NCBI GenBank assembly: GCA_050613775.1
Contig: JBODTK010000122.1
Span: 434,001-498,000 of the forward strand
Direction: 5' to 3'
Source of the DNA: Neocallimastix sp. 'constans'
Taxonomy: Eukaryota
Length of the DNA: 64,000 nucleotides
Part shown: positions 29,630 through 46,260 of the stretch, piece by piece
Numbering within the stretch: the stretch's first letter is position 1
How the letters are laid out: each line of letters begins with the position of its first letter
Made by a program: the position numbers and the translations under genes
Notes under the pieces: model-generated
Database searches by the model: none
Told to the model about the DNA's origin: nothing
The model's input: the letters and a program-made list of their open reading frames with translations, nothing else

Positions 29630-30671
29630 TTATTTTGATATTAACATAAATATATATTATATATTATATATAATTTATTATATATATATATAAATAGCAA
29701 TTTGAAGATTATTTAACAGATCTAATTAAATCACTTCCTGAAATATTTGAAATGAATGAAACTTTTGAAAAATTCTATGTATGTATAGCTGCAAGAAAGT
29801 TCTTTTTCTTCTTAGATCCTCATCATAAAGGTATATATAATTGTATTATTATTTTATTATTAATAATAGCAATAATATACTATAAATAAAAAAAAAAAAA
29901 AAAATATTTAATCAATATAATATATATATATAATCAGGAAAAATAAATATTAGGGAAACGCTTATGTCATCAGTATATCAAGAATTTTATAATTTAAAAG
30001 AAAATAAAGATGATAATTATAATTGGTTTTCAGTAAATTCTGCAATGACAGTATATGGTATAAAATTAAAATTAATATATCTATATAAATATTTTCGTAT
30101 AGTTTTTGTTTTAAAACTAATATTATTAATAAACAATTATATATTAAATATCATTCTAAAAAAAAAAAAACTTTTTTTTATTTTTTATTTTTTTTTTTTT
30201 TATTTAATAAATTATTAATTTCTTCTTATCAATAAATAGGACAGTAAGTTCAAATATAAATTCAAGATTATTATTATAAATTAATAAAAATAATAATAGT
30301 TATATTCAATTAACATATTTTATAATAATATTAATAATAGATATTTGAATCTTGATGTAGATGGAAATGGAATGATAAGTAGAAGTGAATTATCTAATTT
30401 TTGTAGTGGGGTATATTCAGATATATTTCTTGATAGAGTTTTTGAACAATTCCCTACCTACAATAACGAAATGGTATATATAAATATATATAATCAATTT
30501 TTAATATAAAAAATAAATAAATAAATAAATAAATAAAAATAAAAAAAATTATATTAATCGTCTAGCATAAACTCTATTAAATTTAAATAATTAATTAAAC
30601 TTAAAACAAAATTATACTAATTTTATTTAATATTAAATCATAACAATTTTATTAATTTTTATATTTTAATT

Positions 30672-30720
<49 letters not shown>

Positions 30721-31165
30721 AATTTTTAAAGGATTTCCAGGCCTTTTTAGATTTTCATCTTATGGTCAATAATTTAGATAAACCAGAATCGATAGCACTT
30801 GTATTCAGATGTTTAGATTTAGAAGGTGTTGGTTATTTATCAAAACCTGTCGTTATTCATCATTATAAAGTAGGTTTATTGTTTTAAATCCAAATTAATT
30901 TGAATTTTAATAACATTCTAAAATTAATCTATTTATTAATATCATTTTATTTGTTATATAAAGTCATTATTTGAAAAAATGGTTAGATTTGGTTTTGATA
31001 TCACAGAAGAAGAAAATATTGTTGTATGTATAATTAAAATTAAATTAATTAAATCTACTTTAAAATTTTATTATATATATAAATTAATATAATTTTAAAA
31101 CAATTATAAAATAAATATTAATAAAAAAAATAAATAAATAAATAAATAAATAAATTATATTAAAA

Positions 31166-31196
<31 letters not shown>

Positions 31197-31446
31197 GGTT
31201 GAACTTTTTGATATGGCACATCCAGAAGATACAGAAAAAATAAAAGTTCAAGGTAGAATATGATCTCTAATAAATAAATGAGTTTATTTTAAAAAAAAAA
31301 ATACTAATAATAATAATAAACAATAAAACTAATCAATATATATATATATATATATATAAGATTTAATAAAATGTGGTATGGCAAGTTCTATACTAGGTAT
31401 ATTAATTGATGCTAGAGGCCTTAATAATCATGATAATAGGGAATAA
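28315..31446 (+). CDS. PPP2R3C: Protein phosphatase 2A regulatory subunit B'' gamma (PPP2R3C-like, EF-hand), about 12 exons
   Basis: Manually spliced exons approx. 28315-28470, 28740-28898, 29162-29309, 29428-29498, 29698-29830, 29938-30057, 30240-30243, 30341-30473, 30732-30869, 30964-31023, 31198-31252, 31361-31446. Motifs IPQFFFK, QTRLDLSLYDTDNTGFLTE, FYVCIAARKFFFFLDP, NWFSVNSAMTVYGQYLNLDVDGNGMIS, ELFDMAHP and terminal ILIDARGLNNHDNRE* follow the PPP2R3C family in order. Confidence 0.9.
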
Positions 31447-31448
31447 GT

Positions 31449-31481
<33 letters not shown>

Positions 31482-32047
31482 TAGTAAAATAAAAAAAAAA
31501 AAGGATATTATTTCATAAAAAAAGTTTTTTATAAAAACTCTATTATAATACAATATATAAATATATCACATATCACAAAAAAAAAAAAAATTCTCCTCAC
31601 TAATTCTACATTAATTCTTATTAAAAATTATATAATAATATATATTTATTTATTATTTATATTTAATATAAAGAAAAAAAAAAAAAAAAAAAAAGTTAAA
31701 AATTATAAATATAGTGTAACAATAATAATAAAGATTATTATTAAAAAAATAAAAATAAAAATAAAAATAAAAATAAAAATAATAATAATAATAAAAATAA
31801 TAATATATTTATTGTTTATTTAAATTATTAATTTAACTAAAAATAAAAATAAAATAAAAACAATAATAGTAATAATAATAATAATAATAAAAGAATTAAA
31901 ATAAAAATAATTAAAAATATACATACATATATATATATATTTTAAAAATATATAGATAAATAGATAGATAGATAGATAGAGAGATAGTTGTACTTTTATA
32001 AATTATTTTATTTATTTATTATTAGTTATTGTTATTTTAATTTAATT

Positions 32048-32081
<34 letters not shown>

Positions 32082-32304
32082 TCATAATAATAACATTGGG
32101 TATAATTTTTGTTTAAACAATTACTATAAATATTATTAAATAAATAAATAATGGATTGACTTTATGATTTATTGAATTGTTATGTAAATAAAAAATAATA
32201 AAATTAAAATTAAAATTAAAATAATATAAATAATATAAATAATAATAAATATATATATATAAATATTTATATATATTAAAATTAATAATTATGACGATAG
32301 TTCA

Positions 32305-35300
32305 TTAAAAAATTTTATTAGAAATTGAATTATCATGATTATTCATTGTGGTCTCCACTTCAGTTTCAGAAATAATTGTTCCACTACTATCGGTACTATT
32401 ATTCTCTTCATTTTTTAATTTTATGTTATTTTTTTTATTTGTTTCTTCTTCATTAAAATGGTCAGTTAAAATTGTAGTTTGATCTGATATTGTTGATGAA
32501 TGACTAATTTCTTCATTAATATAATAAACATCCTCAGTATTTTTATTATTATTATCATTATTATTATTGTTGTTATTATTATCATTATTATTATTGTTGT
32601 TATTATTATCAGTATTATTATTGTTGTTATTATTATCAGTATTATTATTGTTGTTATTATTATCAGTATTATTATTGTTGTTGATGTTGTTATCATTATT
32701 ATTATTGTTGTTATTATCATTATTATTATTATCATTATTATTATTGTTGTTGTTGATGTTATTATCATTATTATTATTGTTGTTGATGTTGTTATCATTA
32801 TTATTGTTGTTGATGTTGTTATCATTATTATTATTGTTGATGTTGTTATCATTATTATTATTGTTGTTGTTGTTATTATTATTATTATTATTGTTGTCGT
32901 TATCATTATTATTATTATTGTTGTTATCATCATCATCATCATCATTATTATTATTATTATTATTCTCATGAATATTGTCACTATTATTGGTATTATTATA
33001 ATTCATATTATCAATATTAGTATAAATATCTAAACTATCAATTATGATATTATTCTCTTCATTGTTACTGTTATTGCTTGTATTCATATTATTATGATTA
33101 TTATAATTATTATTATTATTATTATTATTATTAAAATTAGAATTAAAATTATTTATTCCAAATGTATTTTTCATCTCTATGCCTTTAAATTCAACCGTAG
33201 ATGTTGAAGCTGTTTCATTCAATATTTTATTCGTTTTTTCTTTTTCTACTTCATTTTCTTCATCACTTGATAGAATTTCATAGACTTCATAATTATAATT
33301 ACTATGACTAATATTTAAATGATCATCCTGTTTTATATTATTTAATAATTCATTATTATTATTCTCTTCGTTTTTAGAGTGTAACCCTGAATAACGAGTA
33401 TTATATTTTTTAGTTGGCGTTCTCATAGCACTACCTCTTCTTATTTTTGCTCTTTTATTTGATCTTGAGCTTTCAAAATATTCAGTATCACTATCATGAT
33501 TTTTTCTTATTTTTTTACTTTTGGTAATATCATTACTAATATTATTATCATTATTATTATTATTATTATTATTAAATGGTGAATGGGATAGATCATCATA
33601 AAACGCGTTTAAATCAATGATTTTTTCTTTTTCTTTTAAATCTATGTAATCAAAAATTTTTATTAAAAAATTAAAATTGACATGTTTAAATTTTTTAGAA
33701 TAATTTATTTTTAAAAACAAATAAAAAAATAAATAAATAGATAAATAAATAAATAAATAAATAATATATATGAAAAGAAATAATATGAATTATAATGAAT
33801 ATATATATACCATTTAAATTAGAAGTTTTATTTTTCCTTTTTTTAATTTGATTTATTAAATAATCAAAATCATTTTTATGATTTTCTAAATATTTTTTAC
33901 GCTCCTGTTCATATTCTGCTAAATCATTATCATTTTCACTATTTTGACTGGACCCTGAATGGCTCAAATTACTATTATTATGATTGTCGTTTTTTGATGA
34001 TGAAAATAATTTTGGGTATAAATTATGCTTTGCAAAAGGAGAAGTATTTTCAAAATTGATTTTTTCCCATCGTTTAAGCTCTTCAACTAATTTTTGATGA
34101 GATTTTGGATGTTCCAAATCACAATTTGCATTATATAAATTTATATATTCTGCATGCCTTTTTGACATTAAGGATTTATCACCATTTGATGGTATTTTTA
34201 GTCCCTTTATATTACCAAATATTTATATTATTATATTATTAGAAGTACAAGTAGTAGTGATAGTAGGATTGGAGGTGATGGTAGTAGTAATATGTAATAT
34301 ATAATAGCATAAAAGAAATTAAATATTAAATTTAATAAAATAAATAAATAACATAATATATGTTGAAATAAAATTTTATTTAAATATATATTAAATTATT
34401 GATGAATCGTTATTATTGGTTATTTTTTTAAAAAAAAAAAAAATTATATATATAATTAATATAATATCAATTAATATTTATATAATATTTAAAAAAAAAA
34501 AAAAAAAAAAATACTTATATATACTTTTAAAATTTTTCTTAATTGTTTTTCCGATAGTAGATGATATGCTACAGATCCTAACTTTTTATTTTTACTTTTT
34601 GGTTTTGGTTTTACCGCTGGTGTCGACAATATTTTATTTCTCCAAAAAGAATTATCGTCAAATTTCCCTTGTTTAAAAAATTTTGATGAATTATTTAATG
34701 ATACTTCATTAGAGTCTTCTTTAGGGCAATTTAAATCGATGTGTCTATTTAATCGTTTGACTTGGATATTTTGTAAGCATAATGGACATTGAACAAATTC
34801 ATCATCTTCTCATTTTAAGTAATGAAAAAAAAATTAAAAATAAAGAAAATTAATATTAGTACAACAAACTTAATATTATATTTACTAATAATATTAATAT
34901 TATATATTACCACTTGGTTGTATTGAAGAATAAGGACGATTATTTCTATTATTATTAGTAGTTGATAGAGAATTAGTTGATGTAGAAGGAGAATTAGTAT
35001 CAATATTATTATAATTTTGTTCAGGATGATGATTTTTATTTGTATTATATTGAATTAAATCTATATCAATTATATTATTAGATTTATCCTGTGAATTAAT
35101 ATTTTGACTTGTACTTTCTTTTGAAATTAAACTGCTTGAATCATCATTTATAATTAGTTTAGATTCATTTTCTATATCAATAATATTATTATTGCTGTTA
35201 TTATTATCATTCTTATTTTTAATATCCAATGAATGACAATCTTGTTTTGTTCCGGATTGTTTTTCATTTTTATTAATACTATCTTTTATTTCTATTAATT

Positions 35301-35881
35301 CTAGTATAATTTTTCTTTAAAAATAAAATATGTATATTTATACATTGTATTAATTTATAATTGAAAATAAATAAAAAAGATTATTATAAAAGATATTATT
35401 ATTAAAGCATATAAAAAAATATTAAAAAATAAAAAAGTACTAAATATACCTATTTCCTTTATAAATTTTTATCAAATCATCAACTAATGAAACTTTTTGT
35501 AATTGGGTTTCATCAGCTTTTGTTCTACACATTGGACAAAGATTTAATTCTCTAATAGTTTTTCTCATACAATAACTATTATATATTATGTTATTTTTAT
35601 TCATAATTTTGTTAATATTATATCTTTTAAATATATAAACAATATGACATACTACAAATTATATATTTCAATTTATATAAATTTTAAATAATCCAAATTT
35701 TATAAATGTAATTTGATATTTTTCCATACCTACAACCATAATGTTGACATCCAGTTAAAAATAAAGTTGGATTTAAAAATTCCTTACATATTGGACATCT
35801 TAATAAATTATCAAAATCTCTAAATGAACCATATTCTTCTGGAAAATCATATATATCTGTTATATCTTCAAAATCGAGCAT
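32305..35881 (-). CDS. RAD18: RAD18 E3 ubiquitin ligase (RING, UBZ zinc finger, SAP) with Asn-rich tail; multi-exon
   Basis: Spliced RING LRCPICKEF..GCQHYGCSYC..CPMCR; UBZ VQCPLCLQNIQVKRLNRHIDLNC (~34730-34795); SAP YHLLSEKQLRKILK|GLKIPSNGDKSLMSKRHAEYINLYNANCD; last exon is poly-Asn/Asp. Confidence 0.9.
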
Positions 35882-36022
35882 TTTATATATGTATATACCT
35901 ATATTATAAATTAATAAAAAAGTTTTACTCTAAAAATTTCATGAAATTCTAAATAAGAATTAAATATCATAAATTTATTTTATTTATAATGAAATTAAAT
36001 TTATAAAGGATAAATATAAATA

Positions 36023-36053
<31 letters not shown>

Positions 36054-36364
36054 AATTTATTTTGTTGTATTTTACTTTATAAATTTTTTATTATAAATCT
36101 TTTTTACATTTTTAAAATATTATAATAAAAAAAAGAATATTAATACTTTTAAATAATTTAAAATATTGCTTAACAAATTTTATATTAAAATACAATTTTG
36201 TATTGTCCTACAATTAACACTTTTTTTATTATAAAAATTAAATAAATAATATATTCAATATTATATCACAATAATATATATTTAAAAATTTATATATATT
36301 TATTATTCATAATTTAAAAATAATTAAAATTTAAATTTAAATTTATTTATTTATTTATTTATTT

Positions 36365-36396
<32 letters not shown>

Positions 36397-36410
36397 TTAT
36401 TTATTTATTT

Positions 36411-36454
<44 letters not shown>

Positions 36455-36599
36455 TTTTGTAAATACATTGGATATTCATTTTTTAATTGTCTAAATTATA
36501 TTTATTCTATATTTTTTTTTAAAACAAAAAAAAAAAATTTCAATAATAATTATAAAAAATTTTATGTATATCATAAAATACAAAAAAAAAAAAAAAAAA

Positions 36600-38098
36600 A
36601 AGACTGATTAAACTAAGTCAATTATTAATTATTTATATTTAATGTATTAGTTCTCTTCTTTTTTATTATTGTCTTATATGGTGGACTAATTGGTGATTGA
36701 ACTGGTTCAAGTGGTTGATAGTTATTATTTTTCTATTAATATTTAATATAAAAATTTTTTTATTATAATAGTATGTTTACTAAAATTGTAATTAAATATA
36801 ACTATTTTTTAATTTAATACTTACATCTAATGGGTAGGTTTGATCACTATCAAATAAAAACAACAGATATATTGAATTACTGTTTAGTTTTTTGAATATT
36901 AATATTTTTTTTTCTTAAAGATATTTAGTAATTGAATATTGACCTGCCTCTAAAAATGGCACTATAACTCTATTTGATCCTTCTAAATTATTGTAGGCTG
37001 AGTCATATGAAAAGTCTAATAATAATGGTTTGGTGGTTGATAATCTTTACAAACAATAAATGATTCTATATTATTAATGATATTAAGTACAAAATATAAA
37101 TAACATATATTTATATATATTAAACATTTCATAACAAGAATTTTTAATATATGAATCTATTCATTCATATATATGATTTACCAATACTAGAATTCCTTGA
37201 ACTTCTTGGTTTACAATAAGTTACATGTTTGAAAAATACCTTTAATTGAACATATAATAGTGTAATATCTTTTCCTCTAAAAACTTTGAGACAAAAGAAC
37301 CTCCAAGTCTTAAAACATGAGTATTTAATGCCTTGTTTTAATAAAAACCATACAATTTATATATTGATATTATATTAATAAAATAATAAAAAAAAATTTT
37401 ATTAATAAATTATATTAAATAATAATAATTACATCAAGCAAAAGTTAAGCTTGAATATATTCATCCATATCATGAAGACCGGTAACCTGTTATTTAATAA
37501 TAAATTACAAATAAAACATTGAAAGACTTAATAATATATATATTTCAGAGAAATACTATTTTAAAAATTAATTATAATTCAAAAAAAATAATAATAATAG
37601 TAATTATAATTTAAATAATAATAATTTTAATAATAATAATTTTATTAATAAAAATAAGCATTAAACAATAAAATAAAAAATATATATAAGTAGCTATATA
37701 TGTAGCTATATTAATTACCCTCTGGTGTACCTTCACAAATAACAAATCAGCATATTGACTATTGAAATGTGAAATTATTTGTTCAGCTATTGATTGTTTT
37801 GCAATATCACCTTGAATTTGTATAATTCCTTTTAATGGAGCCTCATATAATTTTTATATTTTTTTAATTAAAATTATTATTTAATAAATATACTGAAAAT
37901 AATTATTGATATATTCAATTTTAAAAGTTTTAATCTTATTAAAACCATTGCTTGTAAATCAACGGCAACAATCTTTGGTGGATCTTCTTGACCTTCTATA
38001 ATTAATTTTCTACTTAATACTTGACTCCAACTACATGGAGCAGCACATAAATCAACACAATGTTTAACATTTTCAAATAAATTTTATTCCTCATCTAA
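36600..38098 (-). pseudogene. TRM7: TRM7/FTSJ1 tRNA 2'-O-methyltransferase pseudogene (unprocessed, 5'-truncated)
   Basis: [78 protein letters not shown]. In-frame TAA at 38084-38086 and 37445-37447, frameshift near 37285 (FVSK/VFRGKD), and no recognisable N-terminal RARSAFKL exon. The 3' boundary is approximate. Confidence 0.88.
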
Positions 38099-38820
38099 AT
38101 TTCACAAATAACAATAAAATTAATATTTTTATATTTAATTTACTAAATAAATAACCAAAAATATTAAATAAAAAAATTAACATAAATTTGAATAAAATAA
38201 AATAAAATACTATAAAAATAAATTATTTTTTATAAATAAAATAAAGTTGTTTATAGCTAATTACATAAGATTATATAATATTAAAAAAAATTTTTTTCAA
38301 AAAAAAAGTACATTGGTCACTGATTTATGAATAATGACCAATATAATTATAAATGCTTTTATGATTTAAAATTTCAAAAGTATTATAAAACATTTTTTTT
38401 TTATTTAATATAAAAAAATATTTCGATATTTTTATACATTTCTTCCAAAAAGTATGAATATAAATAATATATATTTATTAATAAAGATTGTATAAAATCA
38501 ATGAAAATATTATTTTCAATTATAAAAAAAGATATATAAAGAAAAAATACTAATAAAAAATAATTAATAATAATTCAAAGAAGATAAAAAATATTATATT
38601 TAAATACAATAACAATCATGAAAATCAAATTGTTGATGATAAAACGAAGCGTATAATAATTAATTCTGAAATTTTATTATTTTCCCATTAAATGAATCTG
38701 ATTATAATAACATCTAAGATAAAGATAACTCTAGTTATATTTTATTTTAAAAAAATATATAAAATTTTTACAAAAGGAAATAAAGAAATATCAATTTAAG
38801 TTTAACTTTAAAGCCAATAC

Positions 38821-38879
<59 letters not shown>

Positions 38880-39669
38880 TTATTAATTTATTATAATACT
38901 TTTTTTTAGCATTATTAAATTATTAAATAATAAAAGAATTCCTTATTTTTTCTTTTCCTACTATTGAATAACATAATAAATAAATTTTTATAATTGTACG
39001 TGTTTATACATAAACTTTTAATATAATATATAAGTAAAATAAATAAAGTTTTATTAATACATTGATATAATTTATATAAAATATGTATATATTTATATAC
39101 ATAAAAAAAAACATTATTATATTAATTTTTTGTTTTACCAAATGTAATACTCTAAGTACATTCAGTAGAATTCTACCATAAAAAAAAAGTTTAATTATTA
39201 TAAATTATTTAAAAAAAATTTATATTATATTAATATATTATAGGTATGAATCAAAATTTTTTTAAATTAAAAATTTTTTTTGTTTTATATAAATAAGAAT
39301 TAATTTTATTAAAAATTTGTGTATAAAACTTTAATTACTAAGTTTTATATTGAATCTTAAATTTTAATAAAATTTAAATAAAAGTATTTTTTTTTTTTTT
39401 TTTTTATTTTTTTCAAAAAAAGTAGTTAATAAATTATACTTTTGAAAAAATAATAAGACTTATGGAATTGAATATAAATTAAAATAAAAAAACTCTTAAA
39501 AAAATATTAAGACATATGGAATTAAATATTAACTAAATCAAAAAAAAAAAAATTAAAAATAAAAATAAAATAAAAAGAATACTTTAAGAAATATAATAAT
39601 TTGTAAAATTATAAAATTAAATAAAAATATGAAAATTAGTACTTAATACTAAATATTATTAAATTCAAA

Positions 39670-42981
<3,312 letters not shown>

Positions 42982-43122
42982 GCAGTTTTGAAAATCTCAA
43001 ATTATTAATAATAAGCAAATAAACTAATAAATAAAAAGCAATTCAAAAAATAATAATTATTTTATATATCAGTATTAATGTTTGAATAAATAAATATCTA
43101 TATATATGTATTTATTGATTTT

Positions 43123-43155
<33 letters not shown>

Positions 43156-44559
43156 GGGGGGGGTTTTCTTTTTATGTATAATATATATGGTAATATTTTT
43201 ACTATATATTCAGTAAATTATAATCATTATTTAAAAGATAATAATTTAAATAATAATGATAATTGATTAATTAATTAAATTCCATTTTGTTTTATTACAT
43301 TTAAAATAAAATAAAATAAAATAATTTCAAAACATAAAATAAATTTTATATTAACAAAATAAATAATTATCTTTTATAATATTTATAATAGAAAAGAATA
43401 GATAAAAAAATATTACTTTTTCTTTTTCATTTTTTAAAGAGTTTCTTTTTGTGTATATATTTTTAAATGTTTTTATTTAATACTTATAAATTATTAAAAT
43501 AAACCTTTTATAATTCAATAATATTTTATATATATTATATACAAATATATTTTTTAAATATTAAATAAAATTTTACAAATAAAAAAGAAAAAAAAAAGAT
43601 ATAAAAAAAATAAAATAATTTTTTATCTTTTTTAGTTATTTATTTAAGAAATTTATATTATTATTGTTGTTGTAATAATCCTATTATTATGTCAAGAATA
43701 AAATATTTATTAAACAATTTCAAACTTTAGAAAACGTTTATGCAATTGTTATTAAAAAATTATTTAAGCTTATTCTGATACTAATTTTTGAGTAGACAAT
43801 TTAATATTTAAAAATTTACCTTAGTAAGATATTATTAAATAAGTATTAGTATTAGCTTCTATATATATTTTCTAATTATCCATGAAGTAAGTTTTGAAAT
43901 TCTGAAGGATAACACAATTAATGCATTTTATTACTAAATACTTTTATCATATAATTCACATTTTTGTAATAAAAATATGAAATATATAAATATATATATT
44001 TATTTTAATTCGATTATATTAAAATTTATTTATTTCTTTATATTTCTTTTCCTATTTTTCTTTGTATAAAAATTAATATAAATAGACCATATTTTATATA
44101 TAGGAATTTATGTTTAATATTTATATTAATAATATTTTTATATTTTCGTAATTACTCTTCCTATCCAGTATAACGAAGCCAGGATTCGAAGTGTTGTACG
44201 TATTGCGGAACGCAGTTCACGTGAGGTTTTAATTACCACATAGTACCTGTATAATTATGGCTTATTATAAGATAAACTTTATATAACAAAAAAAAATATT
44301 AATATAAAAATAAAAATACAAATAAAAATAAAAAAATTAAAAAATAAAAATAAAAATAAAAATAAAAATAATATAAAATAAAATCATAATTTATCAATAA
44401 AGTTCGGTAATAGTTTAAAAGACAATAACTAAACTGAAAATATTTTTTAAATAAAAAAAATACTAATACAAAAATTAAAAATTTTTTTTTTAGACTAGGA
44501 ATAAACTCTATTTAATAATATTTATTAAATAAAATATATGAAATTTTATATATTAATAT

Positions 44560-46260
44560 TAAAAAACTATGTTATGAGTTTCGAGGACGAAATGGCCTCT
44601 AATACTTCCTATTCATAGATGTTTGCTCCTTGTGGACAAAAATTATCATTCCAATCTGTATGAGAATTCTTCTTTGCCTTATCGTTTCTACATCGACGCT
44701 CTTGACAACAATAAGTATAATGGTATATAATTTGATTATAAATGTAAAAATTACTAATAACATTAGACATAATATTAATAAAGAAAGCCGCAAGTCCCAC
44801 AAAATATGAAATAGGGAAAGAAAATTCTCTCAAAGATGATTGTAATATATTATAAATAAAAGGTCTTCTTTCTCCTGAGCCGATCTTTAAGATTTCATAT
44901 ACTGTATTACGTTAAAATTAATATTATCATCAATATCTTCCTCTATACCATCAAGAATGTTCAATGATTTCTTATGAATAATCAGAGAAAAATTAATAAA
45001 AAGTTGATCAACAAATGGAATGAATTATTACATAAATTCTTCAAATTTAGGATATAAAAGTTACGAGTTTTAAAGTATAAAGATACATTCCTATTGGTTA
45101 AAAATTTATAGAAATAGTTAATCGTATAATTTATTTTACTGTTCATCTTAGTAATAATTGGCTCTAAATCCAATGATTTATTGAAAAGTATTCTAAGATA
45201 TATATATTTATAAGTACTTTGTAGATATTTCATGCCAAGTTTAAATGTAGGATTTTCATAATGTCTTTAATGTATAAAAATTCTTTGATATAACAGCAAA
45301 TGTAGCGTATTTACTAACCCCAAAATTCGTTTTATTTTTGATCCTCCAATCATGAACTTCATCTAAAAAGTTTTTAAGAGAAGATTTAATACAGGTCAAC
45401 AAAACAATATAATCAGCAAATAGGCTACCATAACACCTTTTCTTTCAGTAATTACACCATATCTCTTGCATTTATCAAGTATGTTATTGATAAATATATT
45501 AAAGAAAATAGTTATTAAAGTACATCCTTGAAGAAAAAAAAAAAAAAAAACACAATATATTGGAAATTCTTTTGTAAGTTTACCATTAATGTTTGCACGA
45601 GATTTCAAAATATGGTATATATTTGTAATGAACTTAAAATATTTACCACGAATACCAATATTATTAAGATTTGTGAGTATATTATATATTTGAATTGAAT
45701 CATAAGCTCTTTTAAGGTTAAGAAAGGCAAAAAGGTAAAATTGATCATTAAATTTTCCTCTTTGGCAAATTTCACAAATGGAGACAAATAAACCAATACA
45801 TTCTTCTTTATTTCTAAAATCAAGTTGTTCTGGTCTAATAATTCTCTAAGAAAAAGCATATTGAACAATACTTTTAGTTACGATTTTTGACAGAATCCTA
45901 AATCCTTCATTGATGAGTGAAATATCACAATAATCATTACAATATGAAAAATCCTCTATCATAGGAAAGGAAACAATAGACATTACAATATGAAAAATCC
46001 TCTATCATAGGAAAGGAAACAATAGACATTACAATATGAAAAATCCTCTATCATAGGAAAAGAAACAATAGAAGCAGAATTCCATTCATCAGGGAATACA
46101 CTATCCCAATTTTTATTAAATAATAACTATAGATATTTTGTATAATTGGAATAAGTTACTTCTTAATTATGATCATTTAAGTAAATTTCAAATGATTTGT
46201 ACTATTATAGTTATCTCTTAGGATAAAGTAGTTTTCCATATTAATAAAGTATTTTTTAAC
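44560..46260 (-). mobile_element. Decayed non-LTR retrotransposon (LINE, RTE-like reverse transcriptase), 5'-truncated
   Basis: Broken RT motifs on the minus strand: PDEWNSASIVSFP...ISLINEGFRILSKIV, QGCTLITIFFNIFINNIL, LFADY-like, YKYI; many stops and frameshifts. Clade assignment and boundaries are approximate. Confidence 0.8.
45935..46072. repeat. 46-bp tandem triplication inside the LINE RT
   Basis: CATTACAATATGAAAAATCCTCTATCATAGGAAAGGAAACAATAGA at 45935, 45981 and 46027 (one mismatch in the third copy). Confidence 0.95.

Noticed and set aside
32466..33033. Poly-Ile / poly-Leu ORFs overlapping RAD18 (also 10116-10298, 10561-10812, 5631-5924 in the channel gene)
   Set aside because: Alternative-frame or antisense shadows of AAT- and GAA-rich coding repeats.
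44566..44620. Hammerhead-like string TTATGA-GTTT-CGA-GGAC-GAAA
   Set aside because: Core deviates from CUGANGA, stem III cannot be formed convincingly, and it is antisense to the adjacent LINE.
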